DNA from: Hyphomicrobiales bacterium
Lineage (GTDB): Bacteria > Pseudomonadota > Alphaproteobacteria > Rhizobiales > JAJFHC01
NCBI GenBank assembly: GCA_965275905.1
Contig: CBDHYJ010000078.1
Span: 83,773-147,772, forward strand
Direction: 5' to 3'
DNA: 64,000 bases
Both the position numbers and the translations under genes were made by a program. Shown piece by piece: positions 1 to 11,300 of this stretch; the first letter of the stretch is position 1; the number at the start of each line of letters is the position of its first letter. The notes beneath the pieces were generated by a model. The model did not search any database. It worked only from the letters and a program-made list of their open reading frames with translations, and had not been told where the DNA came from.

Positions 1-1
1 C

Positions 2-1111
2 TTCTTCGCGGGCGAAGCGCTGCGTCTCTCAGGCGAGAAGATCGCTTCCGTGCGCCCCGGAATCGAGGTTGAGATCACGCGGGAACCGGTCGGGATCGTC
101 GGCCTCATTACGCCCTGGAACTTTCCGATTGCAATACCGGCGTGGAAGATTGCACCCGCGCTCTGCCACGGCAACACGGTGGTCTTCAAACCGGCCGAAC
201 TGGTTCCGGGGTGCGCCTGGACCATTGCCGATATCCTGCATCGCGCGGGCCTGCCGGCCGGCGTGTTCAATCTTGTCAACGGCCCCGGATCCGTGGTCGG
301 GCAGGCGATGCTGGACGATCCGCGTGTCGACGCGATCAGCTTCACGGGTTCGGTGGCGACAGGGCAGAGGGTGGCCGAGGCCTGCGCCCGCCATATGCGC
401 AAGTGCCAGCTCGAAATGGGCGGAAAAAATCCGCTTGTGGTGCTTGATGACGCCGACCTCGACATTGCCGTCGACTGTGCCGTCAACGGTGCCTATTTCT
501 CGACAGGCCAGCGGTGCACGGCGTCCTCCAGGCTGATCGTGACCGAGGGCATTCACAATCGCTTCGTCGAGGCGATGGTCGAGCGCCTGAAGACGCTTGT
601 CGTTGACGATGCGCTCAAGGCGGGTACCGAGATGGGGCCGGTGGTCGATGCCGTGCAACTCGGGCAGGATGAGGAATACATCGAGATCGGCAGGCAGGAA
701 GGCGGCAATCTGCGCTGGGGCGGGCAGCGCCTGACCCGGGACACGCCCGGGTTCTACCTGCAACCGGCCTTGTTCACCGACACCAGGAATACGATGCGCA
801 TCAACCGGGAGGAGGTGTTCGGGCCGGTCGCGTCGGTCATTCGCGTGCGCGATTATGACGAGGCGCTGCAGGTCGCAAACGACACCGAGTTCGGCCTGAC
901 ATCCGGCATCTGTACGACAAGCCTCAAGCACTCGAGTCATTTCAAGCGCAATTCGGAGGCCGGCATGGTCATGGTCAACCTGCCGACCGCGGGGGTCGAC
1001 TATCACGTCCCGTTCGGTGGGCGGAAGGGTTCAAGTTTCGGTCCCCGCGAGCAGGGGCGTCATGCGAAGGAGTTCTATACGACGGTCAAGACGGCCTATA
1101 CGCGGCCATAG
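2..1111 (+). CDS. NAD(P)-dependent aldehyde dehydrogenase, 5'-partial (frame open to the window edge)
   Basis: ITPWNFP, FKPAE, FTGS, catalytic LEMGGKNP, GQRCTA (catalytic Cys), EEVFGP, PFGG motifs. Confidence 0.95.
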   Translation, partial: FFAGEALRLSGEKIASVRPGIEVEITREPVGIVGLITPWNFPIAIPAWKIAPALCHGNTVVFKPAELVPGCAWTIADILHRAGLPAGVFNLVNGPGSVVGQAMLDDPRVDAISFTGSVATGQRVAEACARHMRKCQLEMGGKNPLVVLDDADLDIAVDCAVNGAYFSTGQRCTASSRLIVTEGIHNRFVEAMVERLKTLVVDDALKAGTEMGPVVDAVQLGQDEEYIEIGRQEGGNLRWGGQRLTRDTPGFYLQPALFTDTRNTMRINREEVFGPVASVIRVRDYDEALQVANDTEFGLTSGICTTSLKHSSHFKRNSEAGMVMVNLPTAGVDYHVPFGGRKGSSFGPREQGRHAKEFYTTVKTAYTRP

Positions 1112-1240
1112 GCGTTCCCAGGGCCGGATATCCGGCGAGAGCAGACTTTCTGTCGGGTCTTGCCAATTGACGGCACGTCATGGGAACATCTGAGGAAAAC
1201 GGGAGGAAGGAGGCGCGAACGCAGAATTCGCGCGAAAGGG

Positions 1241-2074
1241 ATGAGTACTGCGATCTCGATTTATCATGGCAAGTTCGGCCGGGCGACGCTCTATCAGCTG
1301 AACCGCCCGATGACGACCCATGCCCATCGGGAGGGGCATCTGATATTCCTGCTCGAAGGGCACGATTCACATCAGAACGTATCGGGCAGACGGTACGAAC
1401 TCACGCCCATCTCGGCGACGGCAATTAATCCGTGGGAACCGCACGATTTCAACCCTGGAGACAGTAACGGCGGGATTTTCGCCCTTACGCTCTACATCAA
1501 ACCGATCTGGTTCCTGGAGGTTGCGCGCAGCGCGCGGTCGGCCTTGAGATTCGGGCGGACGCAGATCGAGGTGACCGACTTTATCGGCCGTTCAATGCAG
1601 AAGGTCGTAACCCTGCTTCTGGAAGACTGCGATAGCGACCTGTTTGACGGCTACCTCTACGAGTTGACGCAGGAATGTTACGACCAGTCGTGGCAGTGGA
1701 ATCCGGTCACGCCGCTGCGCAACGACATCCGGACGTCGTTCACGGACTTTCGCGTACGCAAGTCAATGAGGCTGATCAGCGAAAGTCTGGGCAATGAGAT
1801 CGAACTCGACCTGATTGCACGCGAATCCGGCCTGTCGCGTCCGCATTTCTACAAACTGTTCCGCCAGCAGACCGGCATCACACCGAATCTCTTCATGAAC
1901 ACGCTCAGGACGGAGCGGGCGATCCTGCATCTGACGGAGTCTGATCAGTCGATTACAGACATCAGTTTCGATCTCGGATTCTCGTCACAGAGCGGGTTTA
2001 CCCGGTTCTTCTGCTCCAATGTCGGGATGGCGCCGACGGAGTACCGCCGGGTCGCCCATATTCTGAACGCTTAA
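1241..2074 (+). CDS. AraC-family transcriptional regulator with N-terminal cupin-like domain
   Basis: HAHREGH cupin motif; C-terminal double HTH (LSRPHFYKLFRQQTG...SITDISFDLGFSSQSGFTRFF...GMAPTEYRR). Confidence 0.93.
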   Translation: MSTAISIYHGKFGRATLYQLNRPMTTHAHREGHLIFLLEGHDSHQNVSGRRYELTPISATAINPWEPHDFNPGDSNGGIFALTLYIKPIWFLEVARSARSALRFGRTQIEVTDFIGRSMQKVVTLLLEDCDSDLFDGYLYELTQECYDQSWQWNPVTPLRNDIRTSFTDFRVRKSMRLISESLGNEIELDLIARESGLSRPHFYKLFRQQTGITPNLFMNTLRTERAILHLTESDQSITDISFDLGFSSQSGFTRFFCSNVGMAPTEYRRVAHILNA

Positions 2075-2294
2075 GCGCCGTTTGCCGCGGTTTTTTACGA
2101 CCGTCCGTGAATTTATAATACTCAGGGATATGAGGCTTTTGGCCCCGCGTCCTAGTGTTTCAGGCCTAACGTGATCCGGAAAACCGGACGCCTGAAGAGG
2201 GAGGATATGCGTCTGCCATGCCGCTGACGCTAAATCGGGCTGAATACGGTGATTGTCCGGCTCCGGCAGCGCCCCGATGCACGGGGGACTGGGC

Positions 2295-3310
2295 GTGAGC
2301 CGTTTTCTTGAACGTCACCCGTTCTGGTCGCTTGCCATTCTGGTGGGCGTCATCGTTCTGCTGTGGCTGATCGTGGCGCCCTGGACGCCGGGCATGGTCT
2401 CGGTGATCGGCAAGAAAAAGGTCTTTCTGAACGCGCTGCTGAACGGCATTACGCTGGGCAGTCTCTACTTCCTGGTGGCCTCCGGCTTCACGCTGATCTT
2501 CGGCCTCATGCGCAACGTCAACCTGGCGCATGGCTCGCTCTATCTGTTCGGCGGCTATATCGGCTACGAGACCGTGAATCTGACGGGTGTCTGGATTCTC
2601 GGCTTCATCGTCGCCTTCATCGTCGTGGCGTTCTTCGGCCTGCTGCTGCAGATCGTCGTGTTCCGGCGCATGGAAGGCGAGGACCTGCGCCAGACCCTGG
2701 TCACGATCGGCATCTCGATCGTCGTGGCGGACCTGATGCTGTGGTACTGGGGCGGCGACTTCTACCAGATCCTCACGCCGGACTGGCTGTCCGGGCCTGT
2801 CGTCACGCCGATCGTCTCGGCGATCAAGCGCAGCACGGGCGATCCGATCTACCTCAAATACCCGATGGTGCGGCTGGTGATCTTCGCCGCATCCGTCGCG
2901 GTCGGCATCATCATGTGGCTGCTGCTGAACCGGACCCGTGTCGGCATGCTGATCCGCGCAGGCGTCGACGACCGAGAAATGCTCGCCGCGAGCGGCGTGC
3001 GCGTCCAGCTGATCTTCGTCGGCGTGTTCGCCTTCGGCGCGGGGCTGGCCGGTGTCGCCGGTGTCGTCGGAGGCACGTTCCAGTCCCTTGCGCCCGGCGA
3101 GGATACCCGGTTCCTGCTGGCGTCCCTTGTGGTCGTCATTGTCGGCGGCATGGGGTCGATCCCCGGGCGCCGCCCTCGGGGCGTTGCTGATCGGGCTCGC
3201 CGAGCAGTTCGGCTCCGTCTACATGCCGACCTATGCCGTCGTGCTGACCTTCCTGATCATGGTGCTCGTGCTGGCCTTCCGGCCGCAGGGCCTGTTGAGC
3301 GGCGCGCTAG
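2295..3310 (+). CDS. Branched-chain amino acid-type ABC transporter permease (LivH-like), frameshifted near 3165; ends approximate
   Basis: LVASGFTLIFGLMRNVNLAHG; VVIVGGMGSIPG continues as GAALGALLIG...FRPQGL in another frame. Confidence 0.85.
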
Positions 3311-3313
3311 GCC

Positions 3314-4419
3314 ATGGTGGCGATCGATGGCCACAGCAACACGCCGGACCGGCCGGAGCGCCAATACCCGGTCGGGACTCTCCGAGTGCGTCAGGCAGGT
3401 CCATCCGGCATCTACGTGGATGCTGGCGGCATTCCTGCTGTTCCTGCCGCCTTCGCCAGCGACTTCGTGCAGTTCCAGATTTTCGGCTGGGCCTTCATCC
3501 TCGGCATGATCGCGCTCAGCCTGATGTTTCTGGCGGGCTATGGCGGCATGGTCAGCCTGGTGCAGATGACGGTTGCCGGATGCGCCGGCTACATGATGGC
3601 GATCTCGGCGACCAGCGCGGTCACGAATATCAGCCTCGGCTGGCCGTGGTGGCTGGCGGTGCCGGTCGCGATCGGGATCGCAGTGCTGTTCGGCACCATC
3701 TCCGGCGCGCTGGCGGTGCGGACCGAGGGCATCTACACGATCATGATCACGCTGGCGATCGCCTCGGCGTTCTTCTATTTCACCCGCCAGAACTACACTC
3801 TCTTCAACGGGTTCAGCGGCTTCAATTCGGTCTGCCGCCCGAAATCTTCGGTGTCGACTGGCGCCAGCCGACGGCCGTTCTACTACCTCACGCTGTTGGG
3901 TATGGGCGACGTACTGAGCTATTTCGTCGTGCTCTATGTCTCGCGCTCGCCGTTCGGGCTGGCGCTGCAGGGCGTGCGCGACAACCCCGCCGGATGGCGG
4001 CACTCGGTTACAACGTCACCGCCCACCGCATCGCGGCCTATGCGTTCGCGGCCGTCATCGCGGCTCGTTGCCGGCATCCTCCTGACCTGGCAGAACAACC
4101 AGATCTCGCCCGGCACGGCCGTCCGAATCGGACCGGTCATCGATATCCTCGTCATTGCCGTGGTCGGCGGCCTGAGCCGCCCCATCGGCCCGTTCATCGG
4201 CGCATTCATCTATGTCCTGCTAAGGACGTTCGCACTGGACGTGCTCGTGGCGGTCGGCTGGCCGGGCAACGGTTCCAGCTGCTGATCGGCATGGGCTTCC
4301 TGCTGATCGTGTTCTTCTCGCCAGACGGTGCTCGGCCTCGGACCGCTGGCGCCCGGTTCCGCCGCCATCTGAGCATGACCAATTCGAGCCTGAGCCCGGG
4401 CGACGGAGGCGAGCGATGA
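3314..4419 (+). CDS. Branched-chain amino acid-type ABC transporter permease (LivM-like), several frameshifts
   Basis: GYGGMVSL, GIYTIMITLA, SPFGLALQGVRDN, VVGGL...GPFIGA, FFSPDG motifs spread across frames. Confidence 0.8.
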
Positions 4420-5203
4420 TCCAGACCGCCGCCGAACGCCTGTCTTCCGCCGGAACCGCCAACGCGCTGGAACTGCGCGGCGTGTCCCGCAATTTCGGTG
4501 CGCTCGCCGCGCTGACCGATGTCACGATGAGCGTGCGGCACGGGCGAGCGCCGTGCCGTGCTCGGGTCGAACGGTGCCGGCAAGACAACGCTGTTCAACT
4601 GCATCACCGGAGACTTCCCGCCGAGCTCGGGCACGATCCGCTTCTTCGGGGAAGACGTGACCACCCTGCCGCCGCACGAGCGTATCCGCAACGGCTTGCG
4701 GCGGACCTACCAGATCTCGCTTCTGTTCGGCGGGCTGACGGTGATCGACAACGTGTATCTGGCCTGCCGCGGTGTCTCGCGCGGCCGCTTCTCCCTGATC
4801 AGGCCGAGGCGTAGCGAGGCACTGATGCAGTCCGCGCTCGAACTGGTCGAAGCGGTGCACCTGACCGACGTGCGCGATCAGCCCGTCTCGGAACTCAGCC
4901 ACGGCCAGCAGCGGCAGCTCGAGATTGCGCTGGCCCTCGCCGGCGCGCCGCGGTTCATCCTGTTCGACGAGCCCGCGGCCGGACTGTCGCCGACCGAGCG
5001 GGCAGAGCTGATCGAGATCCTGACATCGCTGCCGGAGCATATCGGCTACATCATCATCGAACACGACATGGACGTGGCGCTGCAGGGTCGTCGAAAGCGT
5101 GACGATGATGCACAACGGCCGCATCTTCAAGGAAGGCCGCCCGGAGGAGATCGAGTCCGATCCGGAGGTGCAGGAACTCTACCTGGGAGGCGGCCATGAC
5201 TAG
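4416..5203 (+). CDS. ABC transporter ATP-binding protein (LivG-like), frameshifts near 4544 and 5083
   Basis: Walker [38 protein letters not shown]-terminal EVQELYLG ends at TAG 5201-5203 after reframing. Confidence 0.88.
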
Positions 5204-7428
5204 GTTTGACCGTCCCAGGAGCCCGCCCGCGCCGGTGCTGCAGGTCAGTGGTCTCAACGTCTACTACGGGCATTCCCATGCGCTGCAGGGCGTGGATCTG
5301 ACGCTTGATCACGGCGTTCTTTCCGTGGTCGGGCGCAACGGCATGGGCAAGACCACGCTGTGCATGGCCATCATGGGGCTGGTGCCCGGCATCGAGCGGT
5401 TCGATCCGGTTCAACGGCGAGGAACTGACAAACCTTTCTTCGTCGCAGATTGCCCAGTACGGCATCGGCTACGTGCCGCAGGGGCGCCGGTTGTGGCCGT
5501 CGCTCACCGTGCATGAGCATCTCCGGCTGGTCGCCGGAAACACGCGCGGCGCCTGGAGCATCGAACGCATCTACGACACTTTCCCGCGCCTGGCGGAACG
5601 GCGCAACAACGGCGGCGGGCAGCTTTCCGGCGGCGAACAGCAGATGCTGGCGATCTCGCGCGCGCTGCTGCTCAATCCGCAGTTGCTGGTCATGGATGAG
5701 CCGACCGAGGGGCTTGCCCCCGTCATTGTCAGCCAGGTCGAGGAGATGCTTCTGCATCTGGGCGACGAAAGTGACATTTCGGTGCTGGTGATCGAGCAGA
5801 ACATCGGTGTCGCCACGGAAATCTCCGAGCAGGTCGCCATCATGGTCAACGGCCGGATCAACCGGGTGATGGACGCCGGGCGGCTGGCCGCCGACAAGGA
5901 TCTGCAGCAGAGACTGCTGGGTGTTGGACGCCACGCGCACGATGACGACCTGGAGCTGCAGGCGCAGGCCGGTGCCGCGGGTGAGGCAGAGGACGTATCC
6001 GAAAGCCGCAAGGGGCCGGTCAGGATCTTCGTCTCCAATCCGACCATCCCGACGCGCTGGTCGAAGCCCGCGCCGCTCGCCCGGATTGAATCTGCGGCAC
6101 GCCTCGACTCCGGATCGGCGGCGGGAAGGACGGCTTCGGCCGGTCCGGCGCAGCATGTCGAATTGCGGCCGCTGTCGGCCGGTCGCGAGGACGTGGTCCT
6201 CGTTGCCGGCACGCTCGACACCAAGGGCGACGAGATCCGCTTCATCCGGGATATCCTCAAGGACGCAGGGATTCGCACCCGGCTGGTGGATCTTTCGACC
6301 ACCGGCAAACTGTCGAGTGCCGATATCCCGCCGCACCAGATCGCGGCCTATCACCGCCACGGGCCGAGCGCGGTCTTCACCGACGACCGGGGCAAGTCCG
6401 TGGCCGGCATGGCCGAGGCGTTCGAGGCCTGGATCAGCCGTCAGGGCGGCATAGCCGGCATTATTTCGGCCGGCGGGTCGGGCGGCACGGCCATGGCGAC
6501 GCCCGCCATGCGCGTGCTGCCTGTCGGCGTGCCGAAGATCATGATCTCGACGGTCGCCTCCAGCGATGTCAGCCGCTATGTCGGACCGGCGGATATCATG
6601 ATGATGCATTCGGTGGCCGACGTTCAGGGCCTGAACTCGATCACCCGCGAAGTCCTTGCGAACGGGGCCAATGCCATGGTTTCGATGGTCAAGGCCCGGC
6701 AGGAACGGCATCGCACGCGGGACACCGGGGCAGGGGATCTGCCGGCGATCGGGCTGACCATGTTCGGCGTCACCACTCCTTGCGTCCAGCAGATCACGCC
6801 CGCCCTCGAAAACGACTACGACTGCCTCGTGTTCCATGCCACCGGTGTCGGCGGACGCTCGATGGAGAAGCTGGTCGACAGTGGCCTGCTGACAGGCGTC
6901 ATCGACATCACCACCACGGAAGTCTGCGACCTTTTGATGGGCGGGGTTTTCGCGGCCACGGAAGACCGGTTCGGCGCGATGATCCGTGCGCAGATGCCCT
7001 ATGTCGGGGCTTGCGGGGCGCTCGACATGGTCAATTTCGGAGCGCCGGACACGGTGCCCGCGCATTATGCGGACCGTCTGTTCTACGAGCACAATCCCCA
7101 GGTCACGCTGATGCGCACGACAGCCGAGGAAAACGAGCGCATGGGCCGCTGGATTGGCGAGAAGCTGAACCAGATGGACGCGCCGGTCCGCTTCTTCCTG
7201 CCCGAAGGCGGCGTATCGCTGCTCGACGCGCCCGGTCAGGCGTTCCACGACCCGGCAGCCGATGCGGCGCTCTTTACAGCACTCGAGCAGACCGTGCGCC
7301 AGACGTCGAACCGGCAGCTTATCCGCCTGCCGCACAATGTGAACGATCAGGAGTTTTCCGATGCGGTCGTCAGGGCGTTTCTGTCCCTGCACGGCGGCCA
7401 GTCAACGCGCAGAAGTGCCAGGAGATAA
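5196..7428 (+). CDS. Fusion of LivF-like ABC ATPase and Tm-1-like (UPF0261) ATP-binding domain; one frameshift near 5385
   Basis: GRNGMGKTT, LSGGEQQML, MDEPTEGLAP, then in the same frame GTLDTKG, GGSGGT, PKIMISTVAS, TMFGVTTPCV, VFHATGVGG, GALDMVNFG, HNPQVTLMRT. Confidence 0.85.
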
Positions 7429-7431
7429 TGC

Positions 7432-8265
7432 ATGCCACGATTTGAACGCTCGACCCTTCTCGAAAAATACCGGGGCATGATTGCCCGGGGCGAGCCGATT
7501 ATCGGTGGCGGCGCGGGGACGGGGCTGTCCGCCAAGTGCGAGGAGGCCGGCGGCATCGACCTCATCGTGATCTACAATTCCGGGCGCTACCGAATGGCCG
7601 GGCGAGGCTCTCTGGCCGGCCTCATGCCCTATGGCGACGCCAACCAGATCGTGGTCGAGATGGCGAGCGAAGTGCTGCCCGTGGTGAGCAACACGCCTGT
7701 GCTCGCGGGCGTCAACGGGACCGATCCGTTCCGGCTGATGGACGTGTTTCTCGATGAACTGAAGGCGATCGGCTTCTCCGGCGTGCAGAACTTTCCGACG
7801 GTCGGACTGATCGACGGCACGTTCCGGGCCAATCTCGAAGAGACCGGCATGTCCTACGGCCTTGAGGTCGACATGATCGCGAAGGCTCACGAGAAGGACA
7901 TGCTGACCACGCCCTATGTGTTCAACGAGGACGATGCGACAGCCATGGCGAAGGCCGGCGCGGACATCATCGTCTGCCATCTGGGGTTGACTACGGGCGG
8001 GTCGATCGGGGCCGAGACGGCCCTCAAGCTGGAGGACTGCTCGGCCATGGTCGATGCCTGGGCCCAGGCAGCTCTCAATGTGAACGGGGATGCCATCGTG
8101 CTGGTGCACGGCGGGCCGGTTTCATCGCCTGAGGACGCGGACTACGTGCTCAGGAACACAAGCAACTGTCACGGGTTTTACGGTGCGTCTTCCATGGAGC
8201 GTTTGCCGACCGAGGTCGCGCTCACGGAACAGACGCGCAAATTCAAGCAGATCGGCGCGAGCTGA
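7432..8265 (+). CDS. TIM-barrel signal transduction / PEP-hydrolase-like family protein (homologous to the Tm-1 C-terminal domain)
   Basis: [45 protein letters not shown]. Confidence 0.9.
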   Translation: MPRFERSTLLEKYRGMIARGEPIIGGGAGTGLSAKCEEAGGIDLIVIYNSGRYRMAGRGSLAGLMPYGDANQIVVEMASEVLPVVSNTPVLAGVNGTDPFRLMDVFLDELKAIGFSGVQNFPTVGLIDGTFRANLEETGMSYGLEVDMIAKAHEKDMLTTPYVFNEDDATAMAKAGADIIVCHLGLTTGGSIGAETALKLEDCSAMVDAWAQAALNVNGDAIVLVHGGPVSSPEDADYVLRNTSNCHGFYGASSMERLPTEVALTEQTRKFKQIGAS

Positions 8266-8319
8266 TCGGAGACAAAAGGACGGCACCCGCAAGGGGCGGG
8301 GTGACGGGAGGTAAAGATC

Positions 8320-11300
8320 ATGTCGGGTCAATTGATCGGTGAACTGATTCTCTGGCTGATCGTGGCGGTTATCGTCATCGCGATCATCTACTGGGTCATG
8401 AACTGGCTTTATCGCCGGTCCACCAAGGAGGTCTCGTTCGTACGGACCGGTTTCCTTGGCGAAAAGGTGGTGATCAATGGCGGCGCATTCGTGTGGCCGA
8501 TCGTCCACGATATCACGCCGGTGAACATGAACGTGCTGCCGATCGCGGTGACCCGCGACAGGGATGACGCACTGATCACACGTGACCGGATGCGTGTCGA
8601 CGTCGACGCGGAATTCTATGTGCGTGTCGCACCCACAAAGGACTCCGTGTCGGTCGCTGCGGCAACACTTGGCCGCCGGACCATGGAGCAGGAGCGGCTG
8701 CACGCGCTTCTGGTCGGCAAGTTCATCTCGGCACTCAGATCGGTTGCCGCGGAGATGGATCTGCAGGAGATGCACGAGCAGCGCGGCGATTATGTCATGC
8801 GGGTGCGGGCTGCCGCGCAGGAAGGGCTGGCCCAGAACGGTCTTGAGCTCGAATCCGTCGCCATCACCGATATCGACCAGACGGACCTTGAGTACTTCAA
8901 TCCTTCCAACCAGTTCGATGCCGTCGGTCTGACGCAACTGATCGAGGACATCGAGGCCAAGCGCAAGCTGCGCAACGACATCGAGCAGGACTCGATGATC
9001 AGGATCAGGGCACGAAACCTGGAAGCCGAGAAACAGTCTCTCGACATCGAGCGTGAAAGCGAGTCCGCTCGTCTTGAGCAGGAACGCGAAATCGAGTCGA
9101 ACCGCGCGGCCCAGCGGGCCGAGATCGCACGCCAGCGTGCCGAACGGGAGACGGAAGCCGAACAGGCGCAGATCACCGCACGTGAGGAAATCGAGAAGTC
9201 GCGGATTGCCAACGAGCACGCCATCAGTCAGGCGCGCATCGCGTCTGAACGGGAGATCCGTCAGAAGGAAATCGAACGCCAGCAGATCATCGATGCCGCC
9301 GAAATCGCGTCGCGTGAGCAGGTCGAGATGGCGCGGATTACGCAGGAGCGCTCGGTCACCGAGGCAAGGATCGCAAACGAGCAGGAGACGCAATCCAAGG
9401 ATATCGCCCGCCGCCGCGCCGTTGAGGAAGCGCAGATCGCGGCCAATGAGGCGACCGAGCGGGCACGCATTGCCCAGGAGAAGGCCGTTACCGAGGCCCG
9501 CATCACCAAGGACGAGGAAACCCAGCGCCGCGAAATCGAGGCGCGTGAGGAAACCGAGAAGGCGCGTATTGCGCAGGAGCGGGTGCTGACCGATGCCCGT
9601 ATCCACAACGAGGAAGAGACGCGGCGGCGCGAAATCGCCCGTAACCTCGCTGTCGAGGAAGCCGAGATCGCATCACGCGAAGCGACCGAGAAACTGCGCA
9701 TTGCCCAGGAGACCGTGGTCAACGAGGAACGCATAGCCTCGGACCGCAAGATCCGGGATATGGAGATCGAGCGCACGCGCGTGCTGGAAGAAGCTGAAAT
9801 CGCGGCTCAGCAGGCGACCGAAGCGGCCCGTATCGCGCGGGAGAAGAAGCTCGCCGCTGATCGTATTGCGTCCGAACAGAACACCAGGGAGCTCGAAATC
9901 GAGCGGCGCAAGATCGTGGAGGAAGCCACGATCACGGCCCAGGAAGCGATCGAGGCGACACGGATCGCCCAGGAAGAGCGGGTGCGCGGGCTGGAGATCG
10001 CCCGCAACCGTGCGGTCGACGAGTCCGAGATTGCAGCCCGTGAGGCCGTCGAGGCTGCACGCATCGCGCAGGAGAAGTCGCTCGCCGTCGAGCGCATCGA
10101 GAGCGAAGGCGCGACGAAGGAACGTCAGGTTGAACGCGACAAGGCGGTTCGGGAGGCGGAAATCGCCGCCCACGAGGCCACCGAAGCCGCACGCATCGCG
10201 CAGGAAAAGCGGATCGCGGCGGAACGCATTGCCTCGGAAGAGGAAACGCGCAAGCGCGAGATCGTCCGCAACCGCGAGGTCGATGCCGCCGATATCGCCA
10301 CGCAGGAGTTCATCGAGACGGCGCGGATCGAGCAGCGGGTGAAGGTCGACGCCGAGCGGATCGCCGCCGACGAGGCGACGACGCTTCGCGAATTCGTGGC
10401 GCGCGAGAGCACGGAAGCGGCCCGGATCGCACAGGAAAGAAACACCGAAGCCGAGCGCATTCTGGCCGACCAGGAAACCCGTTCGCGCGAGATCGAGCGC
10501 AACGAGGCGGTCGAGATGGCGGAGATCGGGTCGCGGCGCAGCGTCGACCAGACCCGGATCGAGCGCGAGAAGGAGACGAGTGTCGACCGGATCGGGCGGG
10601 ACGAGGAGGTGCGCAAGCTCGAGATCGCACGCAACGAAGCGCTCGATGCCGCGCAGATTGCCGCCGACAAGGCGATCGAGGCCGCCCGCATTTCGCGTCA
10701 GAAGACGATCGACGCGGAACGCATTCTGGCCGAACAGGAGACCAGAGGCCGGGAGATTGCCCGCGACCAGGTTGTCGAAAGCTCCGAAATCGCCAAGCGC
10801 GATGCCGTCGAGAAGGAACGGATCGCCATGGAGCTGCGGCTGGAGCAGGAACGTATCGATTCGTCCGAGACCCGCGAGATTGCCGATATCGGCCGCAAGA
10901 AGAAGGTCGAGGAGGCGGAAGAAGATCGCGTCATCGCGCTTGCAGGCAAACGCATCGAGCGCGCGGAATCCGATGCCCAGGTCAAGAAGGCCGATATCGA
11001 GGCCCAGCGCGATGTCGATACAGCCGACATTTCGCGCGAGCAGGTGCTCGATGCCGTGAAACTCGAACGCAAGCGTGCGCTCGAGCAACTCGAGGTGGCG
11101 AGGCTCCAGGCCCTGCGTGAGGCAGAGATCGCGTCGCGCGAGGAAATCGAGCGCGCCCAGATCGCATCCGAGCGCGGTCTGGACGAGGCCCGGATCACCC
11201 GCGAGCGCGACCGCCGCAAGCTCGAAGTCGAGCGCGAGCGTGAGGTCGAGTCGGCCGAGATGGAAAAGGCCATCGTGCTTTACCAGAAGTCGCTTGAGGA

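Noticed and set aside
5371..7392. Long antisense and alternate-frame ORFs (this one, 9673-11577, 14038-15975, 26765-28600, 33466-35232 and others)
   Set aside because: Shadow ORFs of well-supported genes, expected from GC-rich codon bias; no recognisable motifs
9169..10917. CRISPR array, DNA satellite or phage tape-measure gene
   Set aside because: The repeat is conserved at protein level with degenerate DNA and no spacers; it is flanked by SPFH and flotillin domains; no cas or phage genes
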